A DNA stretch of 64,000 nt from Bacteroidota bacterium (GTDB lineage Bacteria; Bacteroidota; Rhodothermia; Rhodothermales; UBA10348). Below, one piece after another: positions 19,374 to 29,007 of the stretch; within the stretch, counting starts at the first letter, position 1, and each line of letters starts with the position of its first letter. The notes under the pieces are model-generated. The model worked only from the letters and a program-made list of their open reading frames with translations, made no database searches and was not told the DNA's origin. Location of the stretch: positions 5,111 to 69,110 of the forward strand of contig JAJCYP010000030.1 of NCBI GenBank assembly GCA_029262855.1, given 5' to 3'. The translations under genes and the position numbers were made by a program.

Positions 19374-22022
19374 ATGTCCAAAGAGCTTGTCATTAACAGT
19401 GACGGCCAGAATACCCGAATCGCCATTGTCGAGGATGGCGAACTGGCCGAATTGTTTATTGAGACCGAAGAACATGAGCGAACGCTTGGCAACCTGTTCG
19501 TCGGCCGGATCCGTAGGGTCATGCCGAGCATCCAGGCGGCTTTCGTCGATATCGGTCAGAAACAGGACGCGTTCCTCCACTTCTCGGACCTGACTGAGGG
19601 GATCGCTGACTGGCTGGAATACATCCAGCTGGAAAAGCCTGAAATTGCCAAATTTGCTCGGGGTCACGTCCAGAAGCAGCACGGCGGCAGGCGCCGGAGA
19701 CCGGTCAGCGCACGTCGGCGAAAACGTCTCGAGGACGGTGCCGAAGATCCCGAGGCCGAACTGGCAGAGGAGCAGGCGGATGGCGAAGAGCAGGATGATG
19801 GAGGACAGAACCGATTGGTTGGGCGGCGCGGCCGCGGCCGTCGCAAGGCGGGTCAGGCCTCAAGATCTCATCACGGTGGCCGCTCCTCGCGGAGAGACGG
19901 ACGGGACGGCGATGGCGGCGTGCCTCCGGAGACGTTCCTCAGGCGCGATCAACCCATTCTGGTCAAGATCTCCAAGGAGCCGATCGCCGCAAAGGGAAGC
20001 CGTGTAACCACGGATGTTTCCCTGGCCGGGCGCTTTCTGGTCCTGGTGCCCATGGCCAACTATGTGGCCGTCTCCAAGAAAATCAGCTCCTTCAAGGAGC
20101 GCCGGCGCCTCCGTGCGCTCGCCAAGATGTTGCTGCCGGACGGTTTCGGCGTCATCGTCCGGACCGTGGCCGAGGGACAGAACGCAAAGGCCCTCGACAC
20201 GGACCTGCGTCTCCTGAGGGAGAAGTGGCAGGAAATCGAGTCGCGCCTGGCCGAGCGGCCTAGGCCACCGGCACCCATCCACGAGGACGTCAATATGGTG
20301 TCCTCGATCATGCGCGATCTATTCTCGGAGGACTTTGACCGCATCGTGATTGATGATCAGCGGACCTATCGCAACATCAAGGGATACGTACAGGCCATCG
20401 CCCCCGAAATGGGAGCAAGAGTCATTCTACACGACAAGAAGGCGCCTGTCTTCCGGTCGGTGGGCATTGAGAGATCCGTGAGTGAAGCATTCGAGAGCCG
20501 AGTAAATCTACCGTCAGGCGGGTACCTGTTCATTGAGCAGACCGAAGCCATGCACGTGGTGGATGTCAATTCAGGCCGCGCAGGTCGTGGATTGTCCCAG
20601 GAAGACAACTCGCTGAAGGTCAACGTCGAGGCCGCCACGGTCATCGCACGACAGATCAGACTGAGAGACCTGGGAGGAATCCTGGTTATCGATTTCATCG
20701 ACATGCGCAGCGAGCGCAGCCGGCGAAAGGTCTACGAGCAGATCCGGAAGGAATTCCGGAATGACCGTGCCGTCACCAAGGTGCTCCCGATGAGTGACTT
20801 TGGTCTGATGCAGATAACCAGACAGCGCCTGAGACCAAGCATCACCGACACGTTCTCGGACATGCATGAGGACGATGCCTTTGATACGGGCAGTACGCCG
20901 GGGGATGGGCAGATTGTAGAGCGCGATCGTGTCCCCCGCGAGCGTCCCCGCGACCTGGATCCGGACACCGTCGTTACCCGCATCACCGATTGGCTGGAGG
21001 CATTTGGCGCCGCTCGATGGAAGGGTGCAGTCCGCCTGAAGGTCCATCCCTTTACGGCGGCCTACCTGTCCAGGGGCTGGTTCTCCTTCGCACTTCGCTG
21101 TCTGTTCCGGTATAGGATCCGCCTCGTGCTCGAGGAATCCGCCGGTATGGACCCCGCCAGATTCCGGTTCTTTGACGAGACGAACGGGAAGGAAATCCGG
21201 CGTCCGCCTCGTCGCGGTCGCAAGAAGACCGCCGACCGCAAGGCCGATGCTCCCAAGGCTGTTGCGGAAACGGCTGCCGCTGCCGAGGCCGCGCCGGAGT
21301 CCGCCGAGAGTTCGGAAGACGACGGTGGACGCCGCTCCAGGTCCAGCCGATCGGAAGGTCGCGGGCGTCGCTCCGAGTCAGGTTCTGGAGGTCGCAGCCG
21401 CCGGTCCTCGTCGGATGAGGGCGAAGGTCGCGGCCGCCGCGGACGTCGATCTGCATCCACAGACGGAGAAGGCCGGAGCGAACGATCCGGTCGCGGTCGT
21501 CGCTCCGATTCGGGACGCGCAGAGGAAAACGCCGACGAGGGCGGACGCAGCAGGTCCGAGCCATCCCGGGCCCGGGGACGCGGTCGCCGCTCCGATTCGG
21601 GACGCGCAGAGGAATCAGCCGAGGAACGGGCCGAAACCAAACCCAAACGCGCCGCAAGCTCGCGCGGTCGTGCAAAAACCACGGACGTCGTCGACGAAGC
21701 AAACGAGGCCTCGGCCGAATCGCCCAAGGCGCCCGTAAAGAAGCGGGCGCCCCGCAAGACGGCAGCCGCAAAGGCGGCGGAGGTTTCGACCGATGATGCG
21801 CCGAGCCTGTTCGCCGAAGAGCAACCCGTTCTGGCCGCGGTCAAGGCGGAGTCAGCGGCCTCCCCGGAGAAGGAAGAATCATCCGAACAGCCTCGCCGCA
21901 GTGCACCGCAAGCAGAGGAAGCGCCCGTTCGCCCGAAAACTCCGACACCGCAGCCGTTCCGGCTCCGATACTCGTCGAGCCACACCTCGGAATCTCAGGT
22001 CACACCACCGGACCAGGCATGA
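19374..22022 (+). CDS. rne: RNase E/G-family endoribonuclease with S1-domain insertion and long Arg/Ser/Glu/Gly-rich C-terminal tail
   Basis: MSKELVINS...GNLFVGRIRRVMPSIQAAFVDIG (S1 domain), FIEQTEAMHVVDVNSG and GGILVIDFIDM (catalytic core). The ORF track opens at GTG 19353; the ATG at 19374 is preferred. Confidence 0.88.
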   Translation: MSKELVINSDGQNTRIAIVEDGELAELFIETEEHERTLGNLFVGRIRRVMPSIQAAFVDIGQKQDAFLHFSDLTEGIADWLEYIQLEKPEIAKFARGHVQKQHGGRRRRPVSARRRKRLEDGAEDPEAELAEEQADGEEQDDGGQNRLVGRRGRGRRKAGQASRSHHGGRSSRRDGRDGDGGVPPETFLRRDQPILVKISKEPIAAKGSRVTTDVSLAGRFLVLVPMANYVAVSKKISSFKERRRLRALAKMLLPDGFGVIVRTVAEGQNAKALDTDLRLLREKWQEIESRLAERPRPPAPIHEDVNMVSSIMRDLFSEDFDRIVIDDQRTYRNIKGYVQAIAPEMGARVILHDKKAPVFRSVGIERSVSEAFESRVNLPSGGYLFIEQTEAMHVVDVNSGRAGRGLSQEDNSLKVNVEAATVIARQIRLRDLGGILVIDFIDMRSERSRRKVYEQIRKEFRNDRAVTKVLPMSDFGLMQITRQRLRPSITDTFSDMHEDDAFDTGSTPGDGQIVERDRVPRERPRDLDPDTVVTRITDWLEAFGAARWKGAVRLKVHPFTAAYLSRGWFSFALRCLFRYRIRLVLEESAGMDPARFRFFDETNGKEIRRPPRRGRKKTADRKADAPKAVAETAAAAEAAPESAESSEDDGGRRSRSSRSEGRGRRSESGSGGRSRRSSSDEGEGRGRRGRRSASTDGEGRSERSGRGRRSDSGRAEENADEGGRSRSEPSRARGRGRRSDSGRAEESAEERAETKPKRAASSRGRAKTTDVVDEANEASAESPKAPVKKRAPRKTAAAKAAEVSTDDAPSLFAEEQPVLAAVKAESAASPEKEESSEQPRRSAPQAEEAPVRPKTPTPQPFRLRYSSSHTSESQVTPPDQA
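21489..21614 (+). repeat. two copies of a 39-nt unit, 87 nt apart, in the RNase E/G tail
   Basis: 21489-21527 ggtcgcggtcgtcgctccgattcgggacgcgcagaggaa versus 21576-21614 ggacgcggtcgccgctccgattcgggacgcgcagaggaa (2 mismatches). Both encode GRGRRSDSGRAEE. Confidence 0.85.
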
Positions 22023-22741
22023 CATCCTGCCGCCTCGCCAGGGCTCTCGCAATCTTGACCCTGATCCTGATCGGAGTCGCGGAATCGAGCGCTCAGTTGA
22101 GCGAGGGCGGCATCGGCCTGTCGGTGGCCCTGGTGCCGGTCAACTTCGAGTTTGATCACCCGGATCCGAGCGTGGCGTTCACGTTCGACGACGCCGTCTA
22201 CGGAATCGTATTCACACGGGCCGGACTCAATGCCTCCGTGTATCGGGGATCGAGTACAAGTTCGTCGAGGGAGTTGGACCTGTTTGACGTCAACCTCAGC
22301 ATCCTCGGGGAGCTTCTCAAGGATCAGTTGGAGGGCAGTCCGGTCTTTGTCCCGATCATGCTGCACTCCACCTATCGTCGGGTCCGGCGAATCGAGGCCA
22401 ACTCCGAGTTCGCGGCCTTTGAGTACACGGGCATTGGACTGGGGGCGGGAATCGGTCTGCGCCGCCAGCAAGGGCGCATTCACGCAACTGCCCATGCCAT
22501 ACCTGGAATTGGTCTGGCCACCCGGTCCTTCGGGACGTCCGGAGGCCGAACGACTCTGCTGGATGGCGACGTCCAGGTCGCACTGGACCGGGTCTTTGGA
22601 CGGTTTGGAGTCATCCTCGGGTACGGATTCCGCTGGCAGAGCTGGCGGGTGGGAGGCCCGGATGCCTTCGACGCAGCCGGCGCCGGAAAAGTGACCTACG
22701 ATGGAATCAACCATGCTCTGCGGGTTGGACTCAGCTGGTAA
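22019..22741 (+). CDS. hypothetical outer-membrane beta-barrel-like protein
   Basis: ATGA overlap with the rne stop. Signal peptide ...AESSAQ, alternating hydrophobic strands, and a C-terminal LRVGLSW. Confidence 0.6.
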   Translation: MTSCRLARALAILTLILIGVAESSAQLSEGGIGLSVALVPVNFEFDHPDPSVAFTFDDAVYGIVFTRAGLNASVYRGSSTSSSRELDLFDVNLSILGELLKDQLEGSPVFVPIMLHSTYRRVRRIEANSEFAAFEYTGIGLGAGIGLRRQQGRIHATAHAIPGIGLATRSFGTSGGRTTLLDGDVQVALDRVFGRFGVILGYGFRWQSWRVGGPDAFDAAGAGKVTYDGINHALRVGLSW

Positions 22742-22756
22742 TTGTACCTTGGGGTC

Positions 22757-23047
22757 ATGAAGATCCATCAGGTGGTCAAGGAATTGGAACAGGCGGTTCG
22801 CGAGCTCGGCGTTCCGGTACGTCGTGAGCGGGGCGCCTTTCGAGGAGGCCTGTGTGTGCGCCATGACGAAACGCTCATGATGCTCAACAAGAATCATCCG
22901 CCTGAGGCGCATCTGGCGGTTCTGGCCCGCGGTCTGAAAGCCTTGCCTGTGGATACCGTCTATCTGCGACCTGTCGTGCGAAAGGCCCTCGAGGATGCGT
23001 GGGCAGCCTCGGTCCAGATAGAACTGGCCGAGGAATCGGATGGCTGA
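22757..23047 (+). CDS. hypothetical small protein
   Basis: 96 aa from ATG 22757 (the ORF track starts at TTG 22742). Its end overlaps the next gene by 8 nt. No recognisable motif. Confidence 0.45.
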   Translation: MKIHQVVKELEQAVRELGVPVRRERGAFRGGLCVRHDETLMMLNKNHPPEAHLAVLARGLKALPVDTVYLRPVVRKALEDAWAASVQIELAEESDG

Positions 23048-23828
23048 TCGGGTCAGGGTCACCCTGCTCGGAACAGGTACATCCACAGGGATTCCGGTCA
23101 TTGGTTGCTCGTGCCCCGTCTGCCGGTCCTCCGATCCGCGGGACACCCGATCAAGATGTTCAGCCCTGGTTCAGGTGGATGGGGTATCCATCCTTATCGA
23201 CGCGGGTCCGGATTTCAGGGCCCAGGCGCTGCGGGAAAACATCGAACGCATTGATGCGGTGCTGTTCACGCATCACCACTTCGATCATGTCGTGGGACTC
23301 GATGACCTCAGGCCCTTCCTGTTTCGCAATCGCGCCCCGATTCCATGCTATGCTCCGCCCGAAACGGAGCGGGTCGTGCGGCAGATGTTCTCCTATATCT
23401 TTGACGACGGCTCCTATCCTGGAGTGGCCAACCTGACCCTGCACGCGCTGGATGGGACGCCATTCGAAGTGGCTTCGCGGGAATCCGGCAATGTAGCCCG
23501 GGTGATTCCAATCCCCGCCTGGCATGGCGAGACGCCGGTCTACGGATACCGGTTCGGGAAGGTGGCCTACCTGACTGATACCAACCGGATTCCGGATTCC
23601 AGCATGGCGCTCCTGAAAGGCGTGGACGTGCTGATTCTGGACGCCCTTCGGCGCAGACACCACCCCACACACTTTTCATTCGATGAGGCCATCGAGGTTT
23701 CGCGTCGGGTGAAGGCCCGGGAGACCTGGTTTGTGCATATGACGCACACGGTAGGTCACGCCGAAGAGGATCAGGCCATGCCCGAGGGGGTCCGACTGGC
23801 GTATGACGGTCTGGTGGTTGGCGCCTGA
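23040..23828 (+). CDS. MBL-fold metallo-hydrolase (PhnP/GPMC-like)
   Basis: LLGTGTSTGIPVIGC..C, and the metal motif THHHFDH. Confidence 0.8.
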   Translation: MADRVRVTLLGTGTSTGIPVIGCSCPVCRSSDPRDTRSRCSALVQVDGVSILIDAGPDFRAQALRENIERIDAVLFTHHHFDHVVGLDDLRPFLFRNRAPIPCYAPPETERVVRQMFSYIFDDGSYPGVANLTLHALDGTPFEVASRESGNVARVIPIPAWHGETPVYGYRFGKVAYLTDTNRIPDSSMALLKGVDVLILDALRRRHHPTHFSFDEAIEVSRRVKARETWFVHMTHTVGHAEEDQAMPEGVRLAYDGLVVGA

Positions 23829-23853
23829 ACGGCCCCGTCCCGGAGGCTGCGAC

Positions 23854-24828
23854 CTAAAGGGTGAACACCTCTCCCTCCTCGGCCACCGCGAATCCTGCAG
23901 CCACGATCCGGTCGCGCTCCGGCCCGGGCCAAAGGGCAGGGTTCGTGTGGTTCAGATGGATGAATCGGACTTTGGCGCGTTCGCCGGCGGGCAGCGAGGC
24001 CAGGCGATCCATGGTGTGGGTAATGAACGGGTGCGGGAATCCGCTCATGTCTCGACCTGGGATTTCGCCGTTCGCAAAGAAAGTCGCATCCAGAAAGGCG
24101 AAATCCACACGCGCGATTTCGTCCTCGATTCGCCGGCCCGCGGCATCCCAGTCCTCCCAGGAATCGATGTCGGGAATGAACAGGACGGAGCGATTCGGTC
24201 CCTCAATGCGGTAGCCGACTACTTCGGAAAACTCCTGGCGGTGGGGGACCTCCAGGGGGGTTACACGAACGCCCATGGTCGCCACCACAACAATAGACGA
24301 GTCGGCCTTCAACGGCCTCAGCGTGATGTTTTGATAGGCCACAAGCTGAGACCACGGTCCGTTTGAGCGAAGATAGTCGCTCATGCGGGGCATGGCGTGG
24401 ACAGAGACTTCCTGAGCTCCCATCGACTCGTGTCCCAGCCACAGGAGTCCTGTGTAGTGCCCCATGTGAGCATGCGTCAGGAAAATTTCGGGGAGCCCGT
24501 CGGCCCCGGCTTCGTGCAGCCGGAAGAGCTGTTCTGGAAGGTCCGGGGTAGCGTCGAAAAGGAGCGATCCACCCGTCACAGGTTCGACAATCCCCAAAGC
24601 TGAGACGAGGACCCTCCGATCTGGATCGCGCCATCCGGGGTTGAGCCAATCGCCGGTTTGGGGGACTCCGCCATCCTGGCCCACACCCAACACAACGAGC
24701 CGCGGGGCCGTTGCTTCGTCAATGGCTTCCCAGTCCGTTGCGGGCCGGGTTGAATCGTCGGCAGGAGCCTCGCCGGTCGGTCCGCAGCCCAGCAGCGCCA
24801 GGCCCATCAGAATCGCAAGCCAACGCAC
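23854..24828 (-). CDS. MBL-fold hydrolase, PqqB-like, lipoprotein
   Basis: Lipobox LALLGCG, motif LTHAHMGHYTGL, and the C-terminal FIHLNHTNP typical of PqqB-like proteins. Confidence 0.7.
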   Translation of the reverse strand: MRWLAILMGLALLGCGPTGEAPADDSTRPATDWEAIDEATAPRLVVLGVGQDGGVPQTGDWLNPGWRDPDRRVLVSALGIVEPVTGGSLLFDATPDLPEQLFRLHEAGADGLPEIFLTHAHMGHYTGLLWLGHESMGAQEVSVHAMPRMSDYLRSNGPWSQLVAYQNITLRPLKADSSIVVVATMGVRVTPLEVPHRQEFSEVVGYRIEGPNRSVLFIPDIDSWEDWDAAGRRIEDEIARVDFAFLDATFFANGEIPGRDMSGFPHPFITHTMDRLASLPAGERAKVRFIHLNHTNPALWPGPERDRIVAAGFAVAEEGEVFTL

Positions 24829-24830
24829 AG

Positions 24831-25637
24831 CTACAACAGGCTCTTGATCGCGCCGCCGTCAATAGGCAGGGCTACACCGGTGATGAAGCCTGCAGGTCGG
24901 CTGGCCAGGAAGGCCACCGCGGCCGCGAACTCTTCCTCTCTGCCGATTCTCTTCAAAGCCGAGTCCTTCGCCCAGCCGGCCTCGATGTCGGCGACGGCCT
25001 CGCCTGATCTGGCACTGAGAGCGTCCGATAGATGACGCAGGCGGTCCGTCCGGGTGTATCCGGGCAGGACAGTATTGACCGTGATGGCCCTGGGTCCAAG
25101 TTCTTCGGACAGGCTCTTCGCGAAGCCCTGCACACCGGCGCGGGAAACGTTGGAGAGGTAGAGCTTCGGGATGGGCTGCTTGGCACTCAGCGAGGAAATC
25201 ATGATAATGCGCCCCCAGCCGTCCCGAGCTGCGGTCTTTTTCATGTGAGGCACCGCGTGCCGGCACAGGTTGATCGTACTCATCAGGTTCAGGCGCAGCG
25301 CGTCCTCCCACTGGGAGGCATCGAAATCGCCGAGGTCGCCGGTGGGCGGCCCACCCGAGTTGGTGATCAGGATGTGCAGGCCTCCAAATTGCCTCACAGC
25401 GGTATTGAGGGCCGCAATGATTTGCGCTTCATCGGTCACATCGCACGCAAGAGGCAGCACCCTGGCGCCGGGAATGCGGGACCTCAGGTCCTGGGCTGCC
25501 TGATCGACCCGCTCCTGAGTTCGGGAGCAGATTGCCACGTGGGCCCCTGCCTCGAGAAGCGCCGCCGCGCACGCCTTGCCCAGGCCGCTGCTGGCCCCTG
25601 CCACGAAGGCTCCACAACCACTGAGACCCAAGTCCAT
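24831..25637 (-). CDS. short-chain dehydrogenase/reductase family oxidoreductase
   Basis: Rossmann motif VAGASSGLGKA, NSGGP and VNTVLPG. I prefer the ATG at 25637 to 25682. Confidence 0.8.
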   Translation of the reverse strand: MDLGLSGCGAFVAGASSGLGKACAAALLEAGAHVAICSRTQERVDQAAQDLRSRIPGARVLPLACDVTDEAQIIAALNTAVRQFGGLHILITNSGGPPTGDLGDFDASQWEDALRLNLMSTINLCRHAVPHMKKTAARDGWGRIIMISSLSAKQPIPKLYLSNVSRAGVQGFAKSLSEELGPRAITVNTVLPGYTRTDRLRHLSDALSARSGEAVADIEAGWAKDSALKRIGREEEFAAAVAFLASRPAGFITGVALPIDGGAIKSLL

Positions 25638-25714
25638 CTTCTTTAATCGAAATTCGTTCTGGTGCCGGACCAACCGCAGCAAGGTAGGGTAGTTGGGTCT
25701 CCACTTGAGGATCC

Positions 25715-26116
25715 ATGCGAAGAAAGAAGGTCACCGTTCCCCGTCAGCGTATCAAGACGCCTTTGGCGCCGGCCGCCATTGGCCCGTACTGCCAGGCCAT
25801 GATGGTGGGCGATACCTTGTACTGCTCCGGGCAGATTGCCATTGATCCGCCGACGGGTCAGTTGAGTACGGAGGGCGTCGAGATCCAGGCCGAACAGGTC
25901 CTGGAGAATCTGGGGGCCGTTCTCAGAGCAGCAGGCATGGACTATCACCACGTGGTTCGCTGCACGGTCTATCTGGCAGACATCAACGACTACGCCCAGG
26001 TCAACGAGGTATACGCACGATACTTCTCAGACAACGCGCCGACGCGCGAGACCATCCAGGCTGCTGCCCTTCCGCGCGGCGCGCGGGTCGAGATCTCCTG
26101 CACCGCAGTCCAATAG
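25715..26116 (+). CDS. ridA: RidA/YjgF-family reactive intermediate deaminase
   Basis: APAAIGPYCQA, GQIAIDP and PRGARVEISCTA. Confidence 0.88.
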   Translation: MRRKKVTVPRQRIKTPLAPAAIGPYCQAMMVGDTLYCSGQIAIDPPTGQLSTEGVEIQAEQVLENLGAVLRAAGMDYHHVVRCTVYLADINDYAQVNEVYARYFSDNAPTRETIQAAALPRGARVEISCTAVQ

Positions 26117-26123
26117 ATCGGGG

Positions 26124-26684
26124 CTAGATTCCGGCCAGTTCCAGGCGGATCTCCAAGACCAGGCCAATCTCGTAGTCGGCTGCTGCCTGAAGGCGCGAAG
26201 CGTCAATCTGCAGAATGGGGGCGAACGTGGAATCATCCAGGAAGCCCGCCACGTCACGTCCTGCCAGCGGCGTCAATTCCACCTCGCGAGCCTGCGGAAA
26301 CGTGCTCTGTTGCGCCACCTCGGTGACAGAATTTCCCGGGGCCGTCAACTTCAGGATGGCCGTCTCCAGGAAGTCGAGCCGCTCTGAGATCGGGAACAGC
26401 ATGACCAGCCTGGCGGACGAAATCGTCGCCGAAAGAATGTCGGCTTTGCTGAACCCGCGGTCCGCCAGATAGGCGGCTACATCCAGTTGGCAGCCACAGC
26501 TGACATCGGTGAGGCGTCCAGTCTCCACGGCGCCGCCCTCAAACGTGAACCGGATGGGAGAGGCCTGAGTGTCGGTCGAAAGCTCGGCCGTGAGGAATAC
26601 GGAATCCACTCCGCTCAGGCCGGAATCGCACCCGGAAATCAGCAGGAGTAGGCAGAAGGAAACGAGTGGTAGTCGAAGACGCAT
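26124..26684 (-). CDS. hypothetical lipoprotein
   Basis: Lipobox LLLISGCDSG. No other motif recognised. Confidence 0.55.
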   Translation of the reverse strand: MRLRLPLVSFCLLLLISGCDSGLSGVDSVFLTAELSTDTQASPIRFTFEGGAVETGRLTDVSCGCQLDVAAYLADRGFSKADILSATISSARLVMLFPISERLDFLETAILKLTAPGNSVTEVAQQSTFPQAREVELTPLAGRDVAGFLDDSTFAPILQIDASRLQAAADYEIGLVLEIRLELAGI

Positions 26685-26741
26685 GGCAGACCAAAGGTGA
26701 AGGCTATGGCCCTAACGTCTCGCGCCGTCCCCGGATTCAGG

Positions 26742-28031
26742 TCAATCCGATGCCCTCAGGTGCAGGCTCGCCTCGTAGGACGCCTTGAAGTCCCGGACAG
26801 CCCGAAAAATGGCCGATGCCATGTAATCCACGCCCCGTGTAGAGCGAAGAAATTGGGCTTCCTGAGCATTCGTAAGAAAGCCAACTTCCACCAGGACGGC
26901 CGGCATGGCGGCGGCCCACAAAACCTGAAGATTGCCCTCCTTAACCCCCCGCGATTTTCGTTCGACACGGGTCGAAAACTGGTGTTCGATACGCCCTGCC
27001 AACTCCTCGCTCTGGCTGAGGAACGCACTCTGGGCCAACTGATACCGGACCAGAGCGGCCTGGTCAAAGGCCTCGTAATGCGCCTGATCAGTCTCCAGTT
27101 GGATTACCGAGTTTTCCCGCTCGATGACCGTCTTGGCGGAGCCCTCCTTGTTCATGCCCAGGAAGAAGGTTTCCGTTCCGTACGCCGAGCGATTGGGAGC
27201 GGCATTGGCATGAATCGAAATGAACAGCTGCCCTTGATTCCGATTGGCCACGCGGCCTCGCTCCCGGAGTTCAATAAAGCGGTCGTTCCTTCGGGTATAG
27301 ATCACTTCGACACCCAGAAGATCCTCCAGATAGCCGCCCAGCTTGAGAGCAATAGGGAGGACGAGGTCTTTCTCCTTCACACCACGCAGATGTGCGCCGG
27401 AATCCTTGCCACCGTGCCCTGCATCTATGACGATGCGATCGAGGCGCCAGCGGGCCGCCGCCTCTTTGACTTCGGCCGAGGCTTCGAGGCTGGGAGGCGC
27501 CGGAGCGATTCTCCGTGGCTGTGCCGAGTCGATGTCCGGGGTTTCTTCCCGGCTCAGCCGTGTCACACGCGAAGGAGCGTCTCTCCCGGTCGGAGAGAGC
27601 GTGACCAGCAGATCGTTGGACTCCGAATCCCGAAACACATCGCCAAGCACCCGGCCGTCCAGAGCAAACCGAACGGTAATGTGGCCGCGGTCCGTGTTCA
27701 GGGAGTAGTCAGTGACAGGAAGCTCGGGGCGGTCGCGCTGGATGTCACGTGCGGGGCGCACGTTGTAGAGGGTAACCTCGAGCGTCCCGCCGGAGGCCTC
27801 TTCGGGGTTTGAAAACGCCGTGACTCGGCCCGAGAGATGAAGTCGGACCAGCCGGGTGTGCCCATTCTGGAGGGAAGCGAACGAAACAGCCTCGAGCCGC
27901 GGCGCAGGGGTCGGCGCAGCGTCCGAACGGAGCTTCTCGCCGCCGGGGGCAGGAAGGTGCGCCTCCTCCGTGTCGCTGGCCAAACTGGTCAGCGGCAGGA
28001 AGAGCAGCAGGAAAAAGGAAGCGATCTTCAT
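26742..28031 (-). CDS. N-acetylmuramoyl-L-alanine amidase (amidase_3) with N-terminal AMIN-like domain
   Basis: Signal peptide, plus IVIDAGHGGKDSGA, FISIHANA and VLVEVGFLTN. Confidence 0.9.
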   Translation of the reverse strand: MKIASFFLLLFLPLTSLASDTEEAHLPAPGGEKLRSDAAPTPAPRLEAVSFASLQNGHTRLVRLHLSGRVTAFSNPEEASGGTLEVTLYNVRPARDIQRDRPELPVTDYSLNTDRGHITVRFALDGRVLGDVFRDSESNDLLVTLSPTGRDAPSRVTRLSREETPDIDSAQPRRIAPAPPSLEASAEVKEAAARWRLDRIVIDAGHGGKDSGAHLRGVKEKDLVLPIALKLGGYLEDLLGVEVIYTRRNDRFIELRERGRVANRNQGQLFISIHANAAPNRSAYGTETFFLGMNKEGSAKTVIERENSVIQLETDQAHYEAFDQAALVRYQLAQSAFLSQSEELAGRIEHQFSTRVERKSRGVKEGNLQVLWAAAMPAVLVEVGFLTNAQEAQFLRSTRGVDYMASAIFRAVRDFKASYEASLHLRASD

Positions 28032-28138
28032 GTGGGACAGATCCGATTCAAATTGAGTGCCGGGAATCCCGTCCCTCGTGTATCGTCAGTTGTCGGCACG
28101 CTTCAAGGAGCATGTGGGTGCAATCAGGCCGATCCGAG

Positions 28139-28176
28139 AAAAAAAGGAGGCCCCGAACCGACAGGCCGGGGCCTCC
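28139..28176 (-). terminator. rho-independent terminator after the 28242..28970 gene
   Basis: On the minus strand: 10-bp stem GGAGGCCCCG/CGGGGCCTCC with an 11-nt loop, followed by a run of 7 T (+ strand A-run 28139-28145). Confidence 0.75.
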
Positions 28177-28241
28177 ATCCTCATAAGGAGAGGTAAGGCT
28201 TTCCGTGGATCAGGCAGAGGCCGCCGGAGATCCGGGGCCGG

Positions 28242-28970
28242 CTACCAGTCCAGCACGTCGCGTCTTCCCAGCAATTCGCTCTTTCGGCGTGCAATGATTT
28301 CGCGGCGTGCTTCCGCACGATCGTCCAGCTTCTCTCGGAGTTCGGCAAGCCGCTCTTCAAGCCGCTCGGCCTCCTCACGCTGCACCTGCAGTTTCGCTTC
28401 AAAAGCGTCTTCCAGGAGAGCGTCCAGCTCCGTTTCCAGCCGGGCCTTTTCGTCCGCACCGTCCGCGCGTCGGAGTTCGCGGACCTTCTGCTGGATTTCG
28501 CGCTCCATCGCCAGGGTCTTCGGATCGGCCAAGCGTGATCCAAAAAATTGCGGGCCGCGTTCCCGGAGAAGGGCCATGTCAGAGTCGAGGGCATCTCCAT
28601 CGAAGAAGAATGTCGAACCGGGTCCGTCTCGATGAACCATGAGTTCCCGAAGACGCGCAGGCATGTCGCCGTCAAACTTGAATTCGTTGTCTCCGAAAGA
28701 GAAGGCGTAGCTGCCGTGCCGCTCGGACTCCTCGGCATTTCCGGCCCATACGGCTCGTCCGTCCTCGGCAAAGTGCACGGTAACCGGGTTGCCGCCCTCT
28801 GTCTCGACAGAAACGCGGTCGCGCCCTTCGGCTTCGATCAGTTTTCCGTTCACATATGCCTTGCCGTCCCGGAGTTCGATGTGAACTGGCTTTCGGTCCT
28901 GTGCTTGGGCAGGCGGGAGGGCGGCGAACCCGATCAGGGCCGCCAAGAGGGTGATTGTCAGTCGTTTCAT
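28242..28970 (-). CDS. secreted protein with C-terminal coiled coil (paralog of 29008..29874)
   Basis: Signal peptide MKRLTITLLAALIGFAALPPAQA at ATG 28970 (the ORF-track start at 29180 is rejected). The C-terminus is charged heptad-like ...LEERLAELREKLDDRAEARREIIARR. Confidence 0.6.
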   Translation of the reverse strand: MKRLTITLLAALIGFAALPPAQAQDRKPVHIELRDGKAYVNGKLIEAEGRDRVSVETEGGNPVTVHFAEDGRAVWAGNAEESERHGSYAFSFGDNEFKFDGDMPARLRELMVHRDGPGSTFFFDGDALDSDMALLRERGPQFFGSRLADPKTLAMEREIQQKVRELRRADGADEKARLETELDALLEDAFEAKLQVQREEAERLEERLAELREKLDDRAEARREIIARRKSELLGRRDVLDW

Positions 28971-29007
28971 GGTTCTGGGTAGTTGGGTGTGCTCCTGCCG
29001 GCCGGCG

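Noticed and set aside
26697-27812. 371-aa plus-strand ORF opposite the amidase gene
   Set aside because: It is antisense to a gene with clear amidase_3 motifs, and has no motifs of its own.
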